Notes: a model not told the origin generated them from the sequence alone. 64,000 nucleotides of DNA from Octopus vulgaris (GCA_951406725.2 OX597829.1:10850001-10914000), one strand, 5' to 3'. Positions 29,991 to 42,797 are shown, counted from the first letter of the stretch. A program made the numbers and translations.

Positions 29991-30299
29991 GTGGGGTATG
30001 GTTTAGTGTTTACAGTGTCATGTGGTACTGATTTCGGTTCTTTGACTGGGCTGTGTGTTATGTTCTTGAGCAAGGCACTTCATGTTACATTGTTCCAGTT
30101 CACTCATCTGTAGGAATAAGTTGTAACGTCACAGGTGGCAAACTGTATCGGCCTTTGCCTTTCCCTTGGATAACATTGTTGGCATTGAGAGAAGAGATTA
30201 GTATGTATGAGCGACTGCTGGTCTTCCATAAACAACCTTACTTAAACTTGTGCCTCAGAGGTGAATTTTCTAGGTGCAAACCCGTGGTCATTTATATAT

Positions 30300-30753
<454 letters not shown>

Positions 30754-31107
30754 GGTTTTTAAATATCCACATACAAGCATTTATAAATATGAACTCTGTG
30801 CGTGTGTGTTTGCGCGCGCGCTTGTGTGAGTGTGTAAATATAGATGTTATGTATGTGAGTGTGCGTATCGAAAAGGTACCACATAGAAGACGAAGAATTT
30901 CTATAGATAGACTGAAAACACAGAACAAACAGATGCACGTTCATTCTTTTTATTATTTGCCGACTGACTGGGTATTACTACAGTTTTTCCCCTTCCCAAC
31001 AAAATGCCAGGAAGTCTCGTAAGCTTTATATGTAGTGTGTTGTGTTAATGTTTTTGCTTTGTTCAGCTTTTTATTTTGTATTTTCTTAATGGCAACATAT
31101 AATTCTT

Positions 31108-31552
31108 GTATTAATAGTTATTGCCAAGCTAATATGGCAGTCCAGAAATATAGGACGAATGCTGCCGCTGTTAGAAATATTATTTCTATTTTTGAAAACC
31201 AGTGGATGTATTCCACTGAATTTAGGTAAATAATCCTTCGAACAGACGGTCAGTAGCGACGCCTGCTGTGTTCGGCTGCTCTGCATTGATAAAGGGCAAA
31301 TATCCCAAAACTAGTCTGTAGTTGCCTGGCCAGCAAGGGGAAGCGACTGACCTCCCCTGTTCGAAGGTTATAATAGACACAGGTTCGTGTTTCACATCGC
31401 TATTTAGAGGCGATGGCCTCTTGGAGCTAATCAACGACAGCATTCGTCCTATATTTCTGGACTACCACATTAGCTTGGCGATAACTATTAATATCCTGTA
31501 CTGCTACCGTAGTCTCCTTTAGATAGACTTAGAAATATTAATATTTCTATTT
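31108..31552 (+). mobile_element. Diverged monomer of the 362 bp HHR family with an inverted 5' segment
   Basis: Colinear with the 35xxx unit; short terminal direct repeat TTAGAAATATTA...TTTCTATTT; 31110-31168 inverts 31435-31495; degenerate HHR at 31281-31321. Confidence 0.8.
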
Positions 31553-32053
31553 ACAATTCTTGTGTTCGATGAAATCGTCGTCCATCTCCTCCACAATCAA
31601 CACAACATTTCTCTCATTCTCTTTCGAGTCATTCGACTCTTCCATCAGATTCTTGTTGCTTGTCAACTGTGATATCCAGGTTCTCATTTTGGTGAAGTGA
31701 TATAGTTACTTTTGGTGACGACTCACATTTTTATCCTTTTCTTTTTCTTTCTACCCTTCACAGTTTTTCCCAATTCTCCCATTTTCATCTCCATCCGCAT
31801 CATCACAGGAAGATGGGATAAATATGCTGCTCGTTACAATGGTTTGGTTTGTGTGTTTGGAGAAAAGAAGAATCTGGTCGGTTTCTCGATGTTCTTGGTG
31901 CCCTGCCTCGTCTGCTGTATTAGTGCTGATACACTGAGGAGGAGATGAATTTTGTTTGTTTTTGCATCCATCCCAGCTATCCAGAAAAATACAATGAAAG
32001 AAGAAGAAGAAGAAGAAGAAGAAGAAGAAGAAAAAGAAGAAGACGAAGAAGAA

Positions 32054-32085
<32 letters not shown>

Positions 32086-32168
32086 AGAAGGAAAAAGAAG
32101 AAGAAGAAAAAAGTGTAGTTAAAGTAATAATAAAAAGAGGGTAAGTGAAAGAAAATGTAGAAAAATGG

Positions 32169-32209
<41 letters not shown>

Positions 32210-32662
32210 ATCTATCGTGACCACTCTCTCTCTATTTCGTCCACTCTACCTATATTGTCCACCCTCCCTTTATTTCAAAGTGTCTCTCTTCTCTCTCTCT
32301 TTCTTTCCTACGCTGTATCTACCTATCTACCTCTATCTCGTACACTCTTTTTCGTTCACTTCTCTTAATTTCTTTCTCTCTATTTTACCCCACCTCTCTC
32401 TCTTTTATTCACTCTAACATTTTTCTCTCCTTCTCATCTCTCTCCCTCCCTCTCCCTCTCTCTCTCCTCCACTTTTGATTGTTATTACGAAATTTCTAAG
32501 TGAGAGTAAAACAGGTCAATAACAGTCTAATTGGAAATTAATTACAAACAGTTATTTTAATTACGGCACTGGTGTCTGTAATGTGCGTGGGAGGGAGCAG
32601 ATGACGAAAAATGAGCTGATATTGAAAACCAAGATATGTGCAGAGTATCATATATACATACA

Positions 32663-32705
<43 letters not shown>

Positions 32706-32873
32706 TTATGAATGTATGTATATGTAATTGCATGTATACACACACACATATAAATATACGTGTGCATACATACATACAGAACTTTAGTGTATATATAATG
32801 GCTACTTTACACGTAATTTCTACACTGGCAATAAGCACATTCTCTCTGTGCCTAACATCTTGTTCCTACAATC

Positions 32874-32926
<53 letters not shown>

Positions 32927-33321
32927 TCTTTCTTTCCCATGCCAATTCACAATCACTGATGCTCAATCATATTTGCCCACTCTCTTACTATCTATCTATC
33001 TCACATTTCTCTTCCAACCTACTTCTCTCTCCTACAACTACGACTCTCTTTATCAAACATCTCTCACACTTCCCTCCAAGTACTCTTTTTCTTTTCCCCT
33101 CACCACCACCGTTCTCATTTGTTTTCGATTCCATCTATATATTCTTACCTATCTCTCCTCCACGTACATATTCTCTTTGTCTATTTTACTTTATTCGATC
33201 CATCATTTCTTTTCTCTCTTATTTCTTCACTTGCCATTTCGTTTCTTTTTAAAAATTCTCTTTCATCTCTTTCCCCACAACGTGTATTTATATACGTATA
33301 CATATATATACATATATATAA

Positions 33322-33370
<49 letters not shown>

Positions 33371-33375
<5 letters not shown>

Positions 33376-33445
33376 GAAATATTAAAATTACTAAGTCTCT
33401 ATAAAAGAGATTACGGCAGCGTTTACTGGAAATTAATTGTTGCCA
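33371..33445 (-). repeat. Terminal fragment of the 362 bp HHR family abutting (TA)n
   Basis: Reverse complement of about 29552-29625. Confidence 0.75.
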
Positions 33446-33704
33446 AATACAACTAGTGGTGAAGTGACAGATTTGTGTCTGTGTGTTTGATTGTGCTTAC
33501 GATAGAGAGAGGGAGAGAGAGAGAGAGGGGGAGAGGTAGAGAGACAAAGGTAAAACATACCCCAATGAATTTGGTAGTAGTCCTTCATGAAACAGAGTAT
33601 AAAAATTTGTTTGTGGTGGTGTTGTAGAAGTGGAACCAAATTATTAAATTCAAGGAGGTTATCTCTATTAATCATCATTCATATGAGTGAAAGGTGTGTT
33701 TCTG

Positions 33705-33925
33705 TCAGTGCATGCACCTATAGGATTTTTCTACCATTGAGTTTACCAAAGGGAATTTGGCGAAAAGTATATGGAAAAGTTCGGAATTACAGACGCCACA
33801 AAATTTTCTGCCTTTATCAAACGGAAAGGATACAGAAAATATGGACCATTCCAGCTTGAAAGTTATATTGCTGTCCTTAAGGCGCCAAACTAATTTACTT
33901 AGTCCTGTGCTTTGTTGTTTTCTCT
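33705..33925 (-). pseudogene. C-terminal fragment of a Penelope-like GIY-YIG endonuclease
   Basis: STGLSKLVWRLK...LEWSIF...CGVCNSELFHIL...LVNSMVE...RCMH fits the PLE endonuclease C-terminal pattern (W...W, CxxC, N, CxH). Confidence 0.65.
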
Positions 33926-34059
33926 CACAGAGAAAACAACAAAGCACAGTCCAATGCATAGTCCCGTGCTTTGTTGTTTTCTCATTATCACTATGGACTC
34001 CGTGTGGGCAGTCATCTAAAAGTTTTTGTTCGACACGATGCTGACATAAGTTCCTTGTC

Positions 34060-34141
34060 TTTCCTGATGAGAAGGCGGCATAATGCACCCCTTATTCCTT
34101 CGGAATTAGGAATATGCAGTCTTCGAAACATATGTCGAGAA
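34060..34141 (+). ncRNA. Type I hammerhead ribozyme, canonical core, extended stem II
   Basis: tttc CTGATGA gaaggc...gtcttc GAAA catatg TC gaga; palindromic stem III ACATATGT; GUC site. Confidence 0.75.
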
Positions 34142-34336
34142 TAAAGGAATTTTGTTAAATTGTCGTTCAACTCCATTCTTTCATTTATTTATAGTTAAAA
34201 AAACACAAATTTCCACACGAAAGCACGTGATCTCTGCCCATGGCATGTAGCTTCAACCATGTTTTCTGACGTGAATTTGCTACCCAGGTATCGGTTAACC
34301 GAATTATCCATACTAAGATAATTCATTCAACTACTA

Positions 34337-34385
<49 letters not shown>

Positions 34386-34390
<5 letters not shown>

Positions 34391-35035
34391 AATCAAGGAA
34401 TGGCCATAATAGGTCATTCACCCACTAGAAATAACAGCCAAAGCTTCAACCGCAAAATAATATTAATTCCGCAAACCAGGAGAAAATTAAAAAAACATTT
34501 ACCCTGTAATTTCTTATACGATGCACCGTTTCATCTATTGTTTAATGGCAAACTAACCTGATTAAATTAAATCAAGCCAATCTTCCATAGGCCGATAGAT
34601 TCGTCAGTAAGAAACAGCCAGGTCCGAGCAGATATTATCACGAGGCACCTCTATCCCTGCCTCAGCAATATCTGACCTAAAATTTTCAAATCATCGCACT
34701 CGCGCCAAATTTATCGGCAGCAAATATAAGCCGCCGATTCCATTACGGAATTAACCAGAAAATTCATAATTAATCAATATAGGGTGGCAAAAAATTTCGT
34801 AGAATTTATTTGCCACCAGCGGCCTAGTGGGAAAAAATTAAATAGTCATAGACCATTTATAAGTTCAACATCACAATCAAGGAATGGCCATAATAGGCCA
34901 TTCACCCACTAGAAATAACAGCCAAAGCTTCAACCGCCTATTATGGCCATTCCTTGATTGTGATGTTGAACTTATAAATGGTCTATGACTATTTAATTTT
35001 TTCCCACTAGGCCGCTGGTGGCAAATAAATTCTAC
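34386..35035 (-). mobile_element. 484 bp HHR-bearing unit with a 68 bp terminal direct repeat and a 100 bp inverted 5' segment
   Basis: 34386-34453 matches 34870-34937; 34936-35035 inverts 34799-34898; the 3' end abuts (TA)n. Confidence 0.85.
34510..34614 (-). ncRNA. Type I hammerhead ribozyme, canonical core
   Basis: tttctta CTGACGA atctat...atagat GAAA cggtgcatcg TA taagaaa: 7 bp stem I, 6 bp stem II, near-palindromic stem III, GUA site. Confidence 0.8.
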
Positions 35036-35297
35036 TGTCAGACCAGTAGGTGTCGCTTCCGACTATCTCTGTTCGAATAATAATAAGCGGACAGCTTTAT
35101 TCTTATTTCTATAAGAATGCCATATTAGTATGGCGATAACTATTAATTTCCAGGAACGCTGCCGTGTTCTCTTTTAGAGAGACTTAGTAATTTTAATATT
35201 TCTATTATTGAAAACAAGTGGATGTATTCCACCGAAACTAGGTAAATAAAACCTTCGAACAGAGATAGTCGGAAGCGACACCTACTGGTCTGACTAC

Positions 35298-35339
35298 GCT
35301 ACATTGACAAGGGGCAATACCCCGAAACGCGTCTGTAGC
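35298..35339 (+). ncRNA. Minimal type I hammerhead ribozyme, U3-A8 variant
   Basis: gctaca TTGACAA gggg caata cccc GAAA cgcg TC tgtagc; predicted cleavage after 35333. Confidence 0.85.
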
Positions 35340-35659
35340 TGTCGATCAAGTAGTGTGGAGCGACTGACCTCCCTTGTTCGAAGGTTATATGGATACAGTT
35401 TGTGTATCAAATAGCTAACTTAAGGCGATGGCCTCATGGAGCTAATAAGCGGACAGCTTTATTCTTATTTTTATAAGAATGCCATATTAGTATGGCGATA
35501 ACTATTAATTTACAGGAACGCTGCCGTGTTCTCTTTTAGAGAGACTTAGTAATTTTAATATTTCTATTATTGAAAACAAGTGGATGTATTCCACCGAAAC
35601 TAGGTAAATAAAACCTTCGAACAGAGATAGTCGGAAGCGTCACCTACTGGTCTGACTAC

Positions 35660-35701
35660 GCTACATTGACAAGGGGCAATACCCCGAAACGCGTCTGTAG
35701 C
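35660..35701 (+). ncRNA. Second identical U3-A8 hammerhead ribozyme
   Basis: Identical to 35298-35339, 362 bp downstream; predicted cleavage after 35695. Confidence 0.85.
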
Positions 35702-35862
35702 TGTCGATCAAGTAGTGTGGAGCGACTGACCTCCCTTGTTCGAAGGTTATATGGATACAGTTTGTGTATCAAATAGCTAACTTAAGGCGATGGCCTCATG
35801 GAGCTAATAAGCGGACAGCTTTATTCTTATTTTTATAAGAATGCCATATTAGTATGGCGATA

Positions 35863-35984
<122 letters not shown>

Positions 35985-35989
35985 TATAT

Positions 35990-36385
35990 ATCTTTACTCT
36001 CTCTTTTACTTGTTTCAGTCATTTGACTGCGGCCATGCTGGAGCACCACCTTTAATCGAGCAACTCGACCCCGGGACTTATTCTTTTGTAAGCCAGGTAC
36101 TTATTCTATCGGTCTCTTTTGCCGAAGCGCTAAGTAACGGTGACATAAACACACCAGCATCGGTTTTCAAGCAATGCTAGGGGGACAAACACAGACACAC
36201 AAACACATACACGCATATATATATATACATATATACGACGGGCTTCTATCTCAGTTTCCGTCTACCAAATCGACTCACAAGGCTTTGGTCGGCCCGAGGC
36301 TATAGTAAAAGACACTTGCCCAAGGTGCCACGCAATGGGACTGAACCCGGAACCATGTGGTTGGTAAACAAGCTACTTACCACAC
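35990..36385 (-). mobile_element. SINE family B
   Basis: Close match to 6991-7395. Confidence 0.85.
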
Positions 36386-36392
36386 ATATATA

Positions 36393-36496
36393 TAATAATA
36401 AATATTAGGGAATAAATCCAAACTTACAGGGAAAAATCAGATTTAGGATTGAATCCAATTTCATAGTAAAATAATAGTGGTTTTGTCTCTAATTTA

Positions 36497-36502
<6 letters not shown>
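36393..36502. repeat. Fragment of an AT-rich repeat also present inverted at 38300-38625
   Basis: TAGGGAATAAATCCAAACTTACAGGGAAAAATCAG is the reverse complement of about 38578-38615. Confidence 0.7.
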
Positions 36503-36557
<55 letters not shown>

Positions 36558-36563
<6 letters not shown>

Positions 36564-36812
36564 ATATTTCGGAATGGTCATATTGCCAGTTTAGCCAATA
36601 AAAACACACGCACTATATATTTGGTGTTATTTTGCTTCAGTGATATTTATTTTCTACATTTTTTACGTGTGTTTTTATTGGCTAAACTGGCAATATGACC
36701 ATTCCGAAATATAACAATATGTTTCAACACACGACTTCACATAAAAAATCTTGCACAACAAATATTTAAACGTATATATATATATATATATATACGTTTA
36801 AATATTTGTTGT
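36558..36812. mobile_element. Foldback of Neptune-element terminal repeat fragments
   Basis: Minus and plus copies of about 51398-51557, inside (TA)n. Confidence 0.85.
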
Positions 36813-36857
36813 ATATATATAATATATATACATATAATAAATATATATATATATCTG

Positions 36858-37615
36858 TTACATGAGTAATGATGCAACCTTTCATGTGCATGTTGCTAAA
36901 TTGGCAATGAAATGTAGGCGGCTGACCGGATGGATTCTTAGAGCTTTCAGAACAAGAGACCAGGAAACCGTGATGGTCCTCTGGAGGACACTTGTCCTAA
37001 TACACTTTGACTATTGCTCTCAGCTATGGTCACCATCCAGTATCAAATTAATCACAGAACCTGAGGCAATCTAACGTAGCTACACGAAAAAGATAGCCTC
37101 TGTGCAGCATTTAATCTATTGGGAAAGACTCAAGAGAATTAGACTTTATTCCTTAGAGTGTAGGCGAGAAAGATATGCCATAATATACATTTGGAAGATC
37201 CTGGAAGGACTTGTCCCAAACTTTGGCATCGAGAGTTACACAAATCCTAGAACTGGGCGCCACTGCATAGTGCCAAGGACTCCAAATTTGCCATCAAGAT
37301 GTAGGACAAGATACAGTGATAGCCTGGGCTTCAGAGGTCTACAGCTCTTCAATATCCTCCCGAAGGACCTGAGAGAATGCATGGGGTGGATGCAGATGTC
37401 TTTAAAATAAAGCTTGACCTCTTCCTATCAGGTGTCCCAGATGAGCCAACTTCACGGCAGGAGGAGCAGATGAGGGCAGCTGCATCGAACTCTCTCATGC
37501 ACCAAATGTCAATTGCTAAAAAGCATTCGTGAAGTAAAATCCTGTAGCAACACCGAATGGCGGTGCCCCAGCATGGCCACTGCTCCCGAGCTGAAACTAG
37601 ATAAGATAAAATTAA
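36858..37615 (+). mobile_element. 3' fragment of a CR1-like LINE
   Basis: GWILRAFRTRD...LWRTLV...DYCSQLWSP and LYSLECRRERYAIIYIWKILEGLVPN; in-frame stop; 3' stem-loop tail. Confidence 0.85.
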
Positions 37616-37659
37616 AAAATAAAAATAAATAAAATATATAATATATATATATATATAAT

Positions 37660-37726
<67 letters not shown>

Positions 37727-37820
37727 GCTATGTTGAGAAGCAATTAGTTGACCCCTAATTATAATTATGTTTATAATTATAGAATATTTCTGTAATATTT
37801 CTGTAATATACATACATATG

Positions 37821-37890
<70 letters not shown>

Positions 37891-37970
37891 TATATATATA
37901 ATTATAATGTACTGATCCGTGATAGAAATTTCTACATATGTTTGTATGTATGTATGTATGTATGTATGTA

Positions 37971-38044
<74 letters not shown>

Positions 38045-38243
38045 CACAAACAGCGCGAGTGAGATAAAGGAACGGACCGCATGACGAATAAAGGATGAAA
38101 GCAGTATTTGAACCCGAGGCGTAGAGAGTCGAAATCTATCCGACGATTCAACGACTCTGCAAGTCTGCTTACATTTGAGTATGCATGAACTTATATAATA
38201 TGCTCCTTGCGTATGTGTGTGTGAACTTATATAATAGGCACCT

Positions 38244-38299
<56 letters not shown>

Positions 38300-38305
<6 letters not shown>

Positions 38306-38334
38306 ATTTGCTAATAGTGGTTGTCTCTAATTTA

Positions 38335-38384
<50 letters not shown>

Positions 38385-38626
38385 TAAATTAGAGACAACC
38401 ACTATTAGGCAAATCATACAATGAAAAACTTAAGCCAATACATAAGATTATTTAATTTATATTATTTAAATATATAACAAAATTATTAACAAAATATAAT
38501 TAATATATCACTACGATCGTTTCATGGCTGTTAATTTAATATAATATTTTACTATAAAATTGGATTCAATCCTAAATCTGATTTTTCCCTGTAAGTTTGG
38601 ATTTATTCCCTAATATTTATTATTAA
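38300..38626 (-). repeat. AT-rich foldback repeat with the 3' half of an HHR
   Basis: Minus strand 38530-38505 reads cagccat GAAA cgatcg TA gtgata (palindromic stem III); the 5' core is missing. Confidence 0.5.
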
Positions 38627-38627
38627 T

Positions 38628-38670
<43 letters not shown>

Positions 38671-38877
38671 CATACCTACAGAACTATATACAGACAGACA
38701 GCAGGCAGGTAGATGTATGTTTGTGTGTTCATATAGAGAGCGAAAGAGAACAAATATGTAGATTAGGATTTAATGGTTCTGACCGAGGCCCATATAATCC
38801 TCGGTGGGGCCACATAAGATTTTGCTCTCGAAATTCAACTGCAATAAATTGCTTTTACTTCTTCAATACACAAAATT

Positions 38878-38928
<51 letters not shown>

Positions 38929-39439
38929 ATATTTCATTATAAAAATATAAAAAGATTTTTTTAAACGTCGAATGAATAAAGTGATCCGGTAGATCAAAGC
39001 AGAAATGAAAGGGGTCTATAGTTGATAAATGCTGGATTACATAGGCAGAAAAAGGCAACCAATTAACAGAATCATTACAGCATCTGTTAAATCGCTTTAT
39101 GGTGAGCATTCTGAGTTCAAATCTTACCGAGATCAACGTTGTCATATCTTTTCGGGGTCGATGAAAATAATGCATTAAACCTGCATTGGGGTCGATTCTT
39201 CTCTTTTATTAACTGTTTTATTCTTCTTTTCTTTTTCTTTTGTATTAAGGGATCTCATATAATTAATAATTATTTTGACAACAATGTCTATGAAAGAAAT
39301 AAATGGAAATTTAGTAGTCTGTAATATATCATGCAGAGTAAATATGTATATGTCACTTCTGGAAGATTTAGAAATGCACCTCTTAATTCGGAAAAGAATA
39401 ATGTCAAATTTTAGTGAAGTCCTATATTTAAGAGATGAG

Positions 39440-39648
39440 GAATTATGTACATTATTTACGTTATTTACATTTGACTGATATTTGTCCTCGTCTTGTTTGT
39501 TGTTAACACAACGTTTCGGCTGATAAACACCTCCAGCTCCCAAGACACCTGATGAAGGCTGGAGGGTATATCAGCCGAAACGTTGTGTTAACAACTAACA
39601 AGATGAAGACAAATATCTGTCAAATGTAAATAATGTAAATAATGTTAA
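39440..39648. repeat. Foldback element (~95 bp arms)
   Basis: About 39445-39538 is the reverse complement of about 39558-39648. Confidence 0.85.
39544..39589 (+). ncRNA. Minimal type I hammerhead ribozyme, canonical core
   Basis: gacac CTGATGA a ggctg...cagcc GAAA cg TT gtgtt; palindromic AACGTT. Confidence 0.8.
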
Positions 39649-40070
39649 ATTTGAGGAAAAGAATAATGTCAAATTTTATTGTAAAAGTTACAAGCACAGA
39701 TACAGATATATGGTTAAGAAGTTTCTTCTTTTTCCTTTCCCTTTTTTTTTTTTGTCGGCTACGTGGTTTCAGGTTCAATTCCTCTACGTGACCCTTTAGT
39801 TGGAAAAGTGTGTTTTAATTTAAGCCCGGGTCATCCAAGACCTTTTGGATGTGCAGATCCCATCGCGCGCATGTGTGTGTGCCTTTTTATTCAAACTACT
39901 TGAAATCGTTGTTTGTTTGTTTACATCCCTGGCACCAAGCGATTCGACAATAACAGTGACGTAGAATAAGTACCAAACTGAAATTAATTACAGGAGTCAA
40001 TTTGATCGACTCGCAGTAATCAAATGAATTAAAGCACTAAAACAACAATAGAATATATTAAGCATATATA

Positions 40071-40288
40071 CAAGGAGGTGCTGAAAAGTTCCTGGCTTTG
40101 GGTAAAAAAAAATAGAGGAGGACCAGTTAATTATGATTTTATTCAACATATTCCCCTCTCAGATTCACACACTTATTGCAGTTGTCCTTCCATTTTCCTA
40201 CGCCCTGGATAAAAAACTTAAAATGTTGGGCCTCCATCTAGTTCTTTCGCAAGACCTTTAAAGCCAGGAACTTTTCAGCATTCCATCG
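40071..40288. mobile_element. Tc1/mariner-derived MITE
   Basis: Terminal inverted repeats TGCTGAAAAGTTCCTGGCTTT/AAAGCCAGGAACTTTTCAGCA, with TA on the left. Confidence 0.8.
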
Positions 40289-40289
40289 T

Positions 40290-40334
<45 letters not shown>

Positions 40335-40659
40335 CCCACTCAGCCATTTTAGACTTAATTGATTCTTTCTTCTTTCTTCATAACTGAATCGGTAGAGCGT
40401 CAGAGGAAACAGCATGCAGCATTTAGTTATTGCCGTTTACATTTTAAGTTCACACTTCACGAGGTTATCTTTTCCGTTCATTCTTCCACAGCTGATATAA
40501 TAAAATACCAATCAACTTCTATTCTTGGAATATGAAAACAATGCTTTTATATAAACAATAATTGGCTACGTTTAATTCAAACAGAGCAAAACCAGAATCA
40601 GAAAACTGCAAATGATGTGGGACAAACATCAGATATCTGTAGCAGAATTTATTCCACTA

Positions 40660-40872
40660 AGGCGGTGAGCTGGCAGAATCGTCAGGACGCTGGGCGAAAT
40701 GCTTAGCGATATTTCATGTCTTTACGTTCTGAGTTCAAATTCCGCTGAGGTTGACTTTGCCTTTCATCCTTTCGGGGTCGATAGATTAATTACCAGTTGC
40801 ATATTGGGGTCGACTTAATCGACTGGCCCACTCCCCCAAAACTTCGGGCTTTGTGCCTAGCGTAGAAAATAA
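40660..40872 (+). mobile_element. SINE family A
   Basis: Intact A and B boxes and body. Confidence 0.85.
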
Positions 40873-41498
40873 TTTATTCCACTCTTAGGGATAAAGCAAG
40901 GTCTTTGTTTATATTTTTTTTATTTTATTTTCTGGTCGACCCGCAACTTATCCTCTGCAAGTCTCTCCACTACATGCCACCACTTCATCATCACCAAAAA
41001 TTTTGTCTTTTAAACTCTCATTTTTACTAGCAATCTTTGTTCTTTGTTTCTCAACTCTTTTTCAGCCTTTTTCACTTTCTCTTTCTCTCGCTTTTTCTTT
41101 TTATCTGTCTGTCTCTCTTCTCTTTCTCATTCTTTTTATTTCACGCTCTCTCTTTCTTTCTCTGCCTGACTCTCCCCTACATTTTTTCTTAGTCCGTGCA
41201 TCTCTCACACTCAACTGATCCTTACCTTTTGCTTCCTAACATTTCTCGGTATCTCTGTATCGTCCTTTTCTCTCTTCATTTATGCATCAGCTCTATCTGT
41301 TTCCAGTTCTCTCTCTCTCTCTCTTTCTCTTTCTCTCCTACTCTATTTCTATCCCTTTCTGCACTACATTACACTCATTTTTTCCCAAATATTTTCTGCA
41401 TTTTCTCTCTCTATCCCCACTTTCTCCACTGTACTATCTTCACACTCATTCTCTGTTCATATTACTCTCTCTTTCTCTCTCTCTCACTCCCTCTCCGA

Positions 41499-41550
<52 letters not shown>

Positions 41551-42034
41551 TTGTCTAGTTTGTATCAGAGCACAATTCATATACAACTATTACACAGCTC
41601 ATGTTCACACATACTCGACGTGTTTCTACGTTCTAAATTCAAACCACCGGCGTCCTTGAGACATCCATGATCAGCAAAGTGATTTTATTTATTTATTTAT
41701 TTACTTTCTATTGAAACTATTTTCTTCTCCTGTTTCCTTCTCCGAAATACCAAAGCAACACTGAATACATGGTTCCGAATACTAATTACATGGTTCTTTT
41801 TTTTTTTTCGGGTACTATTATGTCTTAAGCGAATAAGGGTACCACCACCCTATGGCAAACACTTCGTGTATATTGCACTAGGCCACTGAGAGTTAATTAC
41901 ATACTAAACACAGCATAACAGTACAGCCAGAACACGAAACAACTATCTCTAGATTCATTTTCTTATTCTATACTGTCATCCATAACCGCTATGGCGCGTA
42001 TACAACGCACAGACAAAAGTTATTTATATTTAAT

Positions 42035-42071
<37 letters not shown>

Positions 42072-42192
42072 ACGCACATTAACGTTCGTCACTGTTACCT
42101 TGTCACAACCCTTTTCCTCTTCTCTGTCTTTTTCCAGCATCTCCCTTTCTTCATCACATTCTATTTCTGCCTCCCCCTCTCTCCCTCACTCC

Positions 42193-42233
<41 letters not shown>

Positions 42234-42729
42234 GCTCATATATTCTGTGAGTGTAGGTGCGTGTAAAGATATGCGTGCACACGTGTGTGTGCGCGCGTAT
42301 GTGTGTACATATATTTTATATTACATATTTATACACATATTATATATAGGAACATATAAGTGTGTGTATATGCATGTGTATGTGCGTGTATGAATATATG
42401 TATGTATGTATATAAAAATACATACATATATTCATACATATACACATAGAAATAAAAGTATATTTACCAATATAATTCTCACACGCCGACACACACACAC
42501 ACATACACACGAGAAGTTTATTCATAAAGATAAAAGAAGGAAGAGACAAAAAAGAGAAAGACCAGAGACAGTATTGTACATTCAGTTGAAATATAAGATG
42601 TGTGTTTATAAATGGGTGAATACCATGTAGGTTTATGTATCCTGTAGAATACTAATTTTTATTCATATTTCCATAAATCAACTTTTCAACACTTTATAAA
42701 CGTGTGTGTACATATACATACATACATAC

Positions 42730-42797
<68 letters not shown>

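Larger units (their letters stand above)
35036..35861 (+). mobile_element. Retrozyme-like tandem repeat: about 2.15 copies of a 362 bp unit plus an inverted 5' piece
   Basis: TAATAAGCGG recurs at 35081, 35443 and 35805; 35037-35078 inverts about 35254-35294; ends in (TA)n; one HHR per unit. Confidence 0.9.

Noticed and set aside
31555-31990. Possible further Dong N-terminal remnant (minus strand)
   Set aside because: Similarity is too weak to support without an alignment.
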